DNA from: Tubiluchus corallicola | Taxonomy: Eukaryota; Animalia; Priapulida | Assembly (NCBI GenBank): GCA_030141605.1 | Contig: JAQGDQ010000328.1 | Span: forward strand, 1-64,000 | Direction: 5' to 3' | Length of the DNA: 64,000 bases | Notes under the pieces: generated by a model | Databases searched by the model: none | Told to the model about the DNA's origin: nothing | What the model saw: the letters and a program-made list of their open reading frames with translations, nothing else | Part shown: positions 52,304-64,000 of the stretch, piece by piece | How the letters are laid out: each line of letters opens with the position of its first letter | Position numbering within the stretch: position 1 is the stretch's first letter | Program-made: the position numbers and the translations under genes

Positions 52304-54877
52304 CTGAAATAACGAACCATTCAGCTGTTAGGAAAACGACTGGTAATCCATGCGGAATTAATTATGGTTAATTGATGCACGGGTGGATGCAGATTTAGCA
52401 GAAGTGGAATGAACTGAAGAAAACAAACCCAGCGTAAGAGAAAAATAACACTTTGTGTATTATTGTATAAACTTTGTAGAAATTATGTTTATACGCATAT
52501 GGCTACAGAAAAACAATGTTGCAGTTCAGTTTTCTGCTTTGTCTCATTCCAGATGCATACGATATATTATTTAATTACACTCAGTTCATCATAATTACAT
52601 TGAGACAGGATGGCGAAGGATTATAATGGTCATCTAGCAGTCACCCCTATTTGTAAAACATTTCTATTGTATTTAGTTAATTTAGTAGCGCTATTAGCAG
52701 CTTGAGAGACTCTTATGTTTTACAGTTAACATATTATATAATAAAATCATGTTAGTAGTTAAAAATCAACATATTTTTTACTTTAATAGCATATCACTTT
52801 TTGTTAGTATCTCATATATCTATTAGCGTACGATACACGAATGATGATCCTATTGTGCAATACAAGAGGTCATAGCATAGCAAAACATCAGATCACAGCA
52901 TTACATTCATGAATTGCAAGGAAAATAATGTTGGAAAAAATTAAATAAATTTTGAAAAAATGTAGCAATTGTGAATAAGTAGAGAAAAATAAGACTTGCA
53001 CTTGAACGTAATAAGTTAATAAAAATGTGTATTATATATATAATAATATGTAATATATAATAAATATGTATTATATATACTACATAAAGGCAAGCTACAA
53101 AAGTGTAATTCATAATTCTGAGTGAATAATTGAACGAAAAAATAACGAATGAAAAAATATCAAGTGAGGAAATGAATGAATAAATAAATAGATGAATGGA
53201 TGATGGATAAATCAGTTAGCCAGTAGGTCAAACACTAAATGCGTTTCACAGAGAAATTCACATAGTGAAAAACTGATTTGGGTCAGTTTATCGAAGTGGC
53301 TTTCTGCAGTATGTAGCCGGTGCTATTAGTACTTAAAACATTAAACGATTAGTCATTTGAGGTGTTCTTGTGGAGACAACACAACTAACTAAATTGAGAA
53401 TATAAGAACTCGTTTACGTTTTTTCTACACAGCTTAGCATACACTGCGAGCCGGAATCTAATACAAGATCTACCTAGTACTCAAGATAGACGGTTATGGA
53501 GAGGCCTTAAATCCCATTATGAGTGGCAGAATAAACTATTATAACTGTTTTAGCCACATTTAGATGCATATTTGTGGAATGAACTACTACAGAGATAAAC
53601 AACTATGCTATACATGCATCTTCCACTAACAAGATAAACACCCATAGTCAGAATGGCAAACCAAATTACTGAGAATGCGTATTGAACCCAGCAGTCCATT
53701 CAGTCACTGGTCAGAGTCCAGGCTGCTTAACTTCAATCAATAAACGCTTACAGTAACCACTCGGCTGTTAACTTTCTCAAATATTTTAACATGTACTTCT
53801 AACATTCTGGAAGCAGGTGTTGAGAAGTTCATCGTTCTATTAAATTGCTATCATTATTAATTAGTTTATTAATTTGCTACTATTGTTAATTAGTTTATTA
53901 ACTTTTTACTATTGATAATTAGTTTATTAATTTTTATTACTATTAATGACTTTATTAATTATTATATCCTTTGTTGCTAAATTAAATTTAATCCTACGTA
54001 AAACCAACAATCGAAGAAAATGCCATGCATACTAGTTTCAACATAGAAAAAGTCAGGCTTGGATACTTACACTGTATAAGAAACAAACTCATCTGGCTAG
54101 TTGGCTCTCAGAATTTTCATTGACAACGCTGTCAAATTTATGTTTTGCTGTTGTCTTTCTGACAATTTTTAAGTTGAGAATAAAATACGTGATGTGAGAA
54201 ACATACACGTATTTTGCTTGTTGGTATTCTTCTAAAACAAGCTCCACTACACAAACAGGGATGAGAATGACAAATTGCAAAAAAATCTGAAACAGGGCGG
54301 GGGGTTTGAGGCTGCCTAAGCCCCCAACATGGGGGTTCAAAGGGCAAAGCCCCCTTGGAGCCAGCAACAAATTGCAATTTTGTGACCATAGAGAGCCTCT
54401 AAGTGGACTTAAAATATCAATTACTTGTTTCATGCATAATTTAAAATACCCAACTATCAAGGATACATGATACCTAATTGTCTCAAAACACCTAAGTACT
54501 GACCTCTCCTATGCAAAAGTATATAAAAACTGTCTGCAATTGACTCAAATAACTCCGCACAATTGATTCTATATTTTTATACATAGAGATATACACGTGG
54601 TTACACTGATGTACGTGATGTAAACAAAATGACGGCCTACCAACAAGCGGTCAGCTTGTAAAATAATGTACTGGGTCCGTAAAAATTTTCTCAACACATT
54701 TATGCAATTTACAAAAATGGCACTACAGGTTCTTTCAAAAACTTGGAATTCTACGTATCCGCGGAAAGTTCATCCCTGCACAAACTTTGAGAGTTTCCAT
54801 AGCCTGGTCATGTAAAATCAATATACACAAATTGGAAAAATTTCCAAAAACTTAACCAGCATGAAAAGTCAACTTAC

Positions 54878-54974
54878 CTAAAACAGGAATTATGCCACTG
54901 GGAATTCAAAGCTTGTATGTATTCACCGTGTAAAATCCTCTTGTTACATCTACGACAGACGGGTGCAGCTTCAT
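54878..54974 (-). CDS. LIMK1: LIM kinase exon 2 (LIM1)
   Basis: EAAPVCRRCNKRILHGEYIQALNSQWHNSCFR; CAG acceptor, GTAAGT donor. Confidence 0.94.
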
Positions 54975-56007
54975 CTGTAAAAACCATGAAATTAAAAAAC
55001 CTATAAATGCCAATATACTCCGTTACTAAAGACTAGCCAAATCTCACAAAAGCATTTTTGCGTGCAATCAATAATATGCAAACATTCTACATGGTTTTTG
55101 CTTACTGATCCTTTAATGATGATAAACAGACTAACGGAAACATCTTAGTTGCACGTGGCAAAAAATATTAATGCAACAAACTATGTAGTGCAAACTGCCT
55201 CACACTTGTAAAATTTCCACACATTGCAATTTCTGTATGAGGCAACTTTTGCATGGAAAACAAGAGTAAACATTTACTAGACAAGAGGTAAGTTGATTGC
55301 TTTTAAATGGTCTGATCTGGTTTTGAGTGAAGCAAATTGATGCTCGAGAACAAGATGCAGATGCAGGAACAGGATGGGCTTGTGTGAGACACAAATTATG
55401 CACATTTCATGAAAAAAATTGAAAAGCATAGTAAAAATCGCTAACATGAACTTGGAATTGAGTTCATAATTATAATTTAAATGTAAGGTCTGGCGGGGTG
55501 TTTATAAATGAAATTTATTTCATATTTTTCAGCTCTACGTACTGACATTTGTTAAACTCATGAAGCAAAAGAACATTTTCGCGACCAGTCTTAAATACAC
55601 AAAGAATAAGCGACAGAGGGTAAGCAATGAAAAACATTGGTTGGCTAATTCTAGACTATAGCAAGCAAATATTTTTCTGGCAAAAAGCCAAAAAATTAAA
55701 GGTGAACAAATCCGGCAGAGACACAAGACAAAATGAGTTGTTGTGTTTTAAAATATATGATTACCCTATATAAAATGACGAACCAATAAGGTAGTCAAAT
55801 ATGACCTGACAGTAGCCTAAACCACCAGCTAACTTTGCCTTTTTCCTTTCATAAAACCACGTGCTTAGCAGTCACATTCTTATCATTTTCTTCAAATTTT
55901 GCTGTTCAGCTTTTTACGTGTAAAAACAAATAAACTTATTTGTTCATCAGTGCATATCAAGTCTATTGCAGCAAAACTACATTTTCATATAACTGGTTAA
56001 TGTTTAC

Positions 56008-56017
56008 CTTCCTCCAT
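56008..56017 (-). CDS. LIMK1: LIM kinase probable exon 1, coding part (MEE-D)
   Basis: AAAATGGAGGAAG|GTAAAC: good start context, in-frame TGA just upstream, phase 1 matches exon 2. Confidence 0.6.
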
Positions 56018-57716
56018 TTTGCTTCATCTCTGTGCACTGGTGAAAACCGAAACGATTTCACGCACCAAAAATATTGTTTTCCGGCGATGGTCCTCACACC
56101 AACTACTAGTGCTTCACCAAGATGCAGTGGTAAACAAATTAACAATAGATTTACATTAAATACTATTATTTAAACTGTGCTAACCTCGTTCTGACCAATG
56201 AAATGTACAGTACTTAATTCATTGTTTCAATACCTGGAGGGTTAGTGATACTTTTGTGCCAACACATTGATTTTGGGCAAAGGATGCAGGAACAAGTGCT
56301 AGGTAGAGTATAACAGCAAAGCATAACTAAATTAACTAACTGATCAGCACTAACAGTGACTAAACTCAGAGGCACAAAGGTTACGAAAAAGCACCAAAAA
56401 GCTTATAATTGTTAAACTAACCTTTACCTACTAACTTGAAATTATCGGTACCAGTTTTTATATTGCAGTTACGCATACATATGTCTAGGATTGCTTTCGA
56501 AATTTTGCTGGACAAAACTAAGAAAAAATTAAACTTAATTACCATTTTGAGTAATTATAACTTGCTAATGACATCGTCGTGCATACATGATTATTATATA
56601 AAGACCAACCATTGCCTGCATAGATAGGTTATAGGACTATGGAATATGTAATAATGGTTGACTATTGCCTACACTATAACACAGCTCTCAATAATGTACA
56701 ATACATTTTCATAAAACAGGAACTATAGCCAACAGGTCACTCGACCCTCCAAATCAAATGGGCAGAATAATGCCAATTGTTTTTATAAGACACAGAAGTC
56801 TCAAAAAAAGAAAAAAATTTCAAAAGTACACAAAGTTTGCAATTAATGTTACTAAGATATGTTGGGTTTTGCATTTTTTCTTATGATGTGATCCTGGCCA
56901 TATTCTTTCCATTGTAAATTTTTCTGTGCAATGAATTTCATGCTTAATTTCTACAGTTATAAACTGTTAAAAATAGTTCTTTTACAGGCTCTTGTGAATT
57001 TTGTTTTTTTATCCCACTGGAAATAGTTCAGTTGTAAATTGAAATTCATTAATTTGTAAGATCTTTAATTTATTAATTGTACCAATTAATTGTACATAAA
57101 GAATTATTTCCGTGTTATATCATGTCATTATTTAGTAGTATTTTAAATAGATTTTGGAATCATGAATACAGTCTTGTAAAGATGATGTATATTGCTTGAT
57201 TTTGTTCTGCAGTAAACACAATTTGTTTAAAAACTGTGCACAGAAACCACACTAAATCATGCTGACTGCGTGACATCTAAAAAGTTTTAATGATAAAGAA
57301 TTTATGCAGTTGAAATGCTGAGTTATTCGAATCCACAATTTTAGGTTCGAATCGAATGCGATTTAAAAAAAAACTTATTCGAATCTAATTGAACGTTCAA
57401 TGCTCATCCCTAGCAGTTACTGATAATAGGTTCAGATTTAAAGTAATTCAGATCTTTTATTATTAAGATCATCCGGTTCTTGTTACGTATAAATTCATAG
57501 CACAGCCAATAATTCAACACACAAATCTGTTTTTGTAATCACAAACTTTATTTCTCAGTTCTACCGTTCGACATCTTTTAAAATTCTTTCGTAAATTTGA
57601 GTTTTTCACAATTATAAACTGACATCTGGACTAACAGTCTAATACTACATTTCACAGCATTCTCTATCCACGAGGTGTTTCTAAAATTGCCTACGGCTAA
57701 TTGATCATATGTTAAT

Positions 57717-57803
57717 CTACAAATGGACTGTCTGATCTGAAGACTCCTCTTTCGTAAGGGCTATGAAAGCTTTGGCCAAATCATAACAGTACTGGTACTG
57801 CTC
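57717..57803 (-). CDS. Receptor-type protein tyrosine phosphatase, last coding exon
   Basis: EQYQYCYDLAKAFIALTKEESSDQTVHL*; AATAAA (minus) at 57547-57552. Confidence 0.9.
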   Translation of the reverse strand, partial: EQYQYCYDLAKAFIALTKEESSDQTVHL

Positions 57804-58274
57804 CTGAAAATAAAGACATTGAATATTATTTAGAATATCATCTCTTATCAATTACTGTCTAAGTATCCAGGGAAATATTTCTAAAGAAAAAAGGGAAAAA
57901 AGAAGTGGCAACTGCTAACAGTCACCGAGGAGAAATGTGAAGAAAAAGTGTAGAAGATAATGTAAAGGAAGAGGATAAGATGGAGAGAAAGTGAGATGAG
58001 ATATTTGAGGAAAAAAGTAAACAAATGGAATGATTTGGAAATGCAAGTATAAAAATTGAAAAAAGGGAAGCAAATACAAAGTGAGAAAAAAGTAAGAGAA
58101 AAGGTAGGGTGGGAAAATGGCAGGAAAGGGATAGGAGGCAAGGGAAAGAAGAGGCATTAAAGGGGAAAGAAGTCTAAAATTTAATGTAAAGGAGAGGAGA
58201 AAAAGGAAAAATCAGTGCAAAAGGAGACAGAGAAAAAATAACGGGACATGAGAAAGGAAAAGGTTGTGAGCGAA

Positions 58275-58484
<210 letters not shown>

Positions 58485-58716
58485 TCGGAAAAAGTTAAGG
58501 GATAGTGATGGGCAAAGTAAGTGAATAACAGAGGAAAAACAGTGACTTTAGCTTCCCATTTTTGAGCAAAGCAAGAAGAGAAAGAAGAAAATTGCCAAAG
58601 TTATCAAATGTTTATGAAGAGATATGTGCAAACATTTCTAATGCATTTCTAGCAATACAATGCATTACCTCATGTTGTTGAAAGAAGCAGGAGTGGGTTC
58701 AACGCTCAGCACTTAC

Positions 58717-58852
58717 CAAGTTGGACACAAACTGTGTTTGAAACTCTCTTTGCTTTTTGACCACGGAGAAGACGTCCACAACCTGTTCTGTCCTAATCTT
58801 GTCAATAATGCTCCTAGCTGCTACGAATACACCGCTCCTTTCCGCACCATAC
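58717..58852 (-). CDS. Receptor-type PTP exon (second half of signature motif)
   Basis: YGAERSGVFVAARSIIDKIRTEQVVDVFSVVKKQREFQTQFVSNL. Confidence 0.93.
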
Positions 58853-60356
58853 CTGTTAAAGTAAAATTTTCCACCACTAAAAAGCAAAAACTACAAAAAT
58901 GACTGTGCCAGAAAGTTATTCACCGAGTAACTACTACTGTATACACTTAAAGACAGGATATAAACATTGAAAAGTACACCATATCGCTTATAAATTAGTT
59001 GCGCTTATGATACACCAAAACGTCAATCGTCAGGCATCTGGAAGCGAGGACCTTAATGCATGATGAACACAAAGATTTTTACAGCAGACAATGGAAGTCA
59101 TTCCTACTTATGATGGTCTGGTGTCCAGCATCTGTTCCTTAACCAGCCAGTGATGATTAAATAAAATGGACCAGAAAAAGCATTGATACCATCCATTTTG
59201 TTTTTGTGCAAAGAACAAAGAAACTGAATGGCAAATGCTTCATTATTAAATGGATGCTTGTTGCAAATGGTAAGTGCTTTGGCATATTAAAGGCATGGCA
59301 AACATTATAGCTTTCTGCACCTGTACCGATACATTTCCTTTGCAACTGTAGCCAATGCCCTGACTGGCCGCTCAGTTCCTCGTAAGCAATCTCTTTAAGT
59401 TCTTCAGGACGGTAAGCATTTGCTGAATTTTGCATGGGTTCACGAAATACTCTCCCACTAAGTAGCGATTATGTTACATTTGATAATTTTTGTAGGCTTC
59501 TATCCTCACACAATGGGCTTTTGTGCAAAATTATATATGAAATGCAGATGGTTACCCAAGACAAATTAGAAATCGATTTTTGACGTAAAAATTGAAAAAA
59601 GCTTTCAGTAACAGCGGTGTTTGCACTGTAACAATGTACAGTATCACTTGTGGGAAATCGTCTAATGCAGAAAATATCAGCTATCCAGACAAAACACTCT
59701 GATATACTTTATCCACTCTGTTTTTAAGGAGAAATTCCTGTTAAAAGATGAAAGGACCTTAATTTCTGTTTGACTGATTGATTGGTTTTTCCTGGAATAG
59801 CAGCAGAACACTGCACAGCTTGAGCTGTAGCAAGCAGGCGATCAATAAAATAGTGTGTATGATCAAGCAAGTGTACACGAGATTAAGCTATTCAATAGAC
59901 TAAGTTGGCGTGCCCGAAGAGGGCGTGTTTTTCTTAATTTTATCCAATTAAAACATTTATAAATGTTTAAACAAATAGCATAAAATTGGATAGCCGAGAT
60001 TCTCCTGAATAGAAAAGAACCTAATTTGTAATCATTTAGTTATGTCTGTGCTCATACAGTAGCAGAAAAGTCACAGGTCTTAGACATTTTTGAATGGTGC
60101 GGTCCTGAAGGAGTTAAAAAGTCAACGTGGCCTTATCAGAGAATGACAATCTTTTCTACGCGGTTCATATAACTCACTATGTGTTGAGCGAGCAACTTTG
60201 AAATTGAATAAAGAAAAATAAAGAAAATGTGGGAAGCTGTTAGTGTATCTGTACGCAAATGTACCTAGGATTATATATGTAACAATTTACAATTACAATA
60301 TTTAACTACGTGTTTTAACAACACATTCAAAATAGTATCGAAATTTAAAGAAGATA

Positions 60357-60612
60357 AACATGTTCATTGAGAGACAATCATTTCAGCTATGGACACCATC
60401 ATCAAACTGTAAATCAAGCAAAAAAGAAGAATAACTTAATACGTTAATGATACAAAGGCACAAACTGAAACCAGAAAACAACAGATTAGAATTTAACTTA
60501 TCAAAACAAACAAGGTTGCAATGGAAGAAACTGCAGAGAAATGTACAAAACCTTCACGCATGTTTATTTGATCGTCACTCTATCTGATTCCTAAAAGTTG
60601 GCACTTTCATGT
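60357..60612. mobile_element. 256-bp insertion with 14-bp TSD
   Basis: ATTTAAAGAAGATA at 60343-60356 and 60613-60626; empty site in the paralogue at ~50507-50530. Confidence 0.75.
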
Positions 60613-60730
60613 ATTTAAAGAAGATACTCATTATTGTTCCTTAGTAATTAGCGCCAGAGCAGTTTAAACATACAACAGCTTCCTAGTGAATCGTTAATAC
60701 CGAAAAAGACGAGAACCCGTCTACACTTAC

Positions 60731-60882
60731 AAACAATGAACTATAGTCGGCCGCTGTTCTTTTCCCTTCTCCCACGACTCAACATCACGCAGCAGACGCA
60801 GAAAAGCAGCTCGGGACAGCGGCAGAGCGTGCGATACGGGCCACGCCTTGAATTGAAAGTGCTTCACGGTGAGACACTTGTC
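60731..60882 (-). CDS. Receptor-type PTP exon (WPD-loop equivalent to VHC)
   Basis: DKCLTVKHFQFKAWPVSHALPLSRAAFLRLLRDVESWEKGKEQRPTIVHCL. Confidence 0.93.
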
Positions 60883-61086
60883 CTGCAAAACAAGGAGATG
60901 CGTTTGTCACATAATTGGAGAAACGCTTGGCTGTTGTGGAAGAAACACGTAAAACTGGAGAGAAAAATACTAAGCAATTTATGCAATTCAATCCACACTT
61001 ATACTTGCCAATTTATAATGTGCAATTTATTTTACATTTTTTAGAAATGATGATTATTGTGTTTGACACTATTTCTTAGAGAAATA

Positions 61087-61390
<304 letters not shown>

Positions 61391-61445
61391 GCTTGACAGT
61401 CTTATATCAATTCAGATTTGAGGGTGTCTTCAACTTGCTACTTAC

Positions 61446-61571
61446 AGAAATAACATTTGTTACGCTGATCTCCCTGGAAGTAAAAGCTTCGTTTTCTTCT
61501 TTGCTAACGACGCTCACTTTGAACTTCCCGTACACTTCTTCACCTTCGTGCGGCCAGTAGTGGGGATAGTT
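61446..61571 (-). CDS. Receptor-type PTP exon (YWP motif); upstream exons probably lie beyond the window
   Basis: NYPHYWPHEGEEVYGKFKVSVVSKEENEAFTSREISVTNVIS; CAG acceptor, GTAAGT donor. Confidence 0.9.
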
Positions 61572-62454
61572 CTGGAGAAAAAATGATTTTCAAACTAGTT
61601 CTGTCTGTGAAGAGAATGCTCTACCCATGTTTCAAATTAAACAACAGCTAGCTAATTTAACTGTGGGCAAAACCATTAATCAGAAACTGTAGTGAGAAGA
61701 ACAATGTATATATTTTCACTTGCTAGTTCGGTAAGTCTTTTCACAGTTCCAGCAATTGATGATGATCGTGAAAAGGTCAAAGATTAAGACAAAACATAGG
61801 CGGCAGTGAACACGACAGCATATTTGCGTACATTTGACAACGCCTCACAGCCCATACTGCTGCATTAGTAACAGTTTTAGCTAGTTCATTTTTTCTTATT
61901 CCTAAGCGAAATCCTGCTAGTAAATCACTCTATGCACAGACTAATACATAATTAAGTATTTAAAGTCCATGTAAAACAACTGAAGTTACTGGACTGATGT
62001 GGCAGATGGCTTTGCTTAACCCACATATCACGTGATGGTCATAGTTGAGATGTGCTGCCGTGATACACTTAACTTTTGTCCTACAGCAACTGCACACAGG
62101 AAAACTGTGAAATATGTGAAAACTTGAATACAGACGGTCTGTAACGATACACTTAGGTCACGACACGATATATGTCACGATACAATACATATCATGATAT
62201 ACCCGAGCTAACATTTGCAGGTTTCATAAACAAAAAAAACTAGATTAAGCTGCTGACAAGAAATGGTGAGCATGTTTTAGGATTGCTAAATGCTAAAACA
62301 ACTCGACGTTTATTGCTTGTGTAATGTGTAAACTATTGTTAGCATTGTAAACCAACAAATAAACAATACATTTCAATACTTCAAGTGTGAACGTTGCTGC
62401 ACTTTCACAAGTTTATATGTAAACAACGAAATTAACGTACTACAGATTAAACAC

Positions 62455-62831
62455 CTTGCACTTTCAACCGCTTTGGCTGCTAGCAGTGCCTGTGTCAAGT
62501 CAACTACTGAATGCTACATAACCACAGCTTGCACTTTCAACCGCTTTGGCTGCTAGCAGTGCCTGTGTCAAGTCAACTACTGAATGCTACATAACCACAG
62601 CTTGCACTTTCAACCGTTTTGGCTGCTAGCATTGCCTGTGTCAAGTCAACTACTGAATGCTACATAACCACAGCTTGCACTTTCAACCGTTTTGGCTGCT
62701 AGCAGTGCCTGTGTCAAGTCAACTACTGAATGCTACATAACCACAGCTTGCACTTTCAACCGTTTTGGCTGCTAGCAGTGCCTGTGTTAGCTCAACTATT
62801 GCTACCTGCACTGAATGTTACATAACCACAG
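62455..62831. repeat. 73-bp tandem repeat, about 5 copies
   Basis: CTTGCACTTTCAACCG recurs every 73 bp from 62455. Confidence 0.93.
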
Positions 62832-64000
62832 TACATTCTACAGCTGCAGTTTCAATTACTTCACATCGTTTTTATTGTCACAGATGCGAGCATTTAATTT
62901 ACAGCTTATTAATAATTTTGATTTGTAGTTTTAAACTTTTGTTTTCACTACCACTAAGTCAGTGCTGAGATCTGTTTGTACACTTGGAATTTTTCAATAT
63001 ATGTATGTACTTGCTACTGCTATATATTTGTATATACTGGGTCACTTGGCTTCTCTGTGAATAACTACTATTCTTGACTTGGTAGCAAGACACAGGACAA
63101 GCAATAGGCTTAAACAGTTGTTTTGAATATTATAAAGTTGAGACTCAGGTGCCATGATATATTGGCTGATGTATTGACTTTAACATTTGTACTATTGTTG
63201 ATTATGTTTACAATTTTGGTGTATATGTGGATTGACAGTGAGACTATGATTTCGAATACAATGCAGATCGCAAAGCTAAACCATATTTTCATTCAGTGAT
63301 TTCATCTGTTTAACACAAAAATCGCAACTACAAAAACAGTCTGATAAACCTGCCAATGTCGGTTGTTAGCTCTCCCCAAAACACCCCAGCGAAAACTTTA
63401 GCGGCACGACATTTATTAGCACGCGGTCAAGAGCATGCTAATTTGCTAAATATCATTGACTGAGATTATCACAACACAGATGCATTTCAGTGATGCGCAT
63501 ATGGTAATAAAAAGCGCATCTGCTGATCATTACAGGACAACAATATAGCAGCAGATGTATAAAAAACACAAAAGACTGATGAGAAGCAAAAATAAACACT
63601 CAGTTGGCTGCGCTTGAGAGGTAAAGGGTTGAGGAGTAGCGGCCGAAACTTGACTCTCAAGTTCCACCTGATGACTCTAAAAACCTGTATTTGTATTTGT
63701 TTTTTCCTTACTCCTTTCATAACATATTCCTTGAAAAATATTATAACTATACGCATACAAAATTTTTCTCCATTAATACAAACTATTTTATGATTATAAT
63801 TACACTCCTACAAAAATAAGAATATAATCACCTCTCAAAAAACTAAAACTATAATAAGTAAACCTACTCCCATGACCTTCTTTCTCCAAACTGTTTTTTA
63901 GCGCTATCCTGTTCTTACTGACCTGCCTAACTTTTCCTTTTTCACATTTATTACATAATTCTTTTCTCTCTAGTACAAACTCCATACACTAACAAATGCC

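Noticed and set aside
63300-64000. Further PTP exon
   Set aside because: No PTP motifs (such as FW or IVML) with usable splice sites were found.

Overview
AT-rich, intron-containing animal DNA. The 5S sequence and repeat types suggest an invertebrate, possibly a lophotrochozoan; this is an inference. Three host genes lie on the minus strand. (1) An intronless-CDS class A peptide-receptor-like GPCR (3893-5464). (2) A complete 15-exon LIM kinase (CDS 56017 to 19905; my hand-spliced model is 2061 nt / 686 aa, LIM-LIM-PDZ-kinase, with one GC-AG intron). (3) The last four coding exons of a receptor-type protein tyrosine phosphatase, D2-like domain (61571 to 57717). The rest is a dense mosaic of mobile DNA and tandem repeats. 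Best leads: a TSD-flanked 5S-rRNA-headed SINE; older tRNA/5S chimeric SINE heads; a three-layer nest (TTAA-flanked MITE, intact RTE-X-like LINE, solo LTR in the LINE 3' UTR); a ~9 kb inverted-repeat structure next to the GPCR splice acceptor; and phase-compatible alternative first exons that would give LIM-truncated LIMK isoforms. I found no CRISPR array or prokaryote-type system. Coordinates were counted by hand, repeat ends may be off by a few bases, and no database searches were run.
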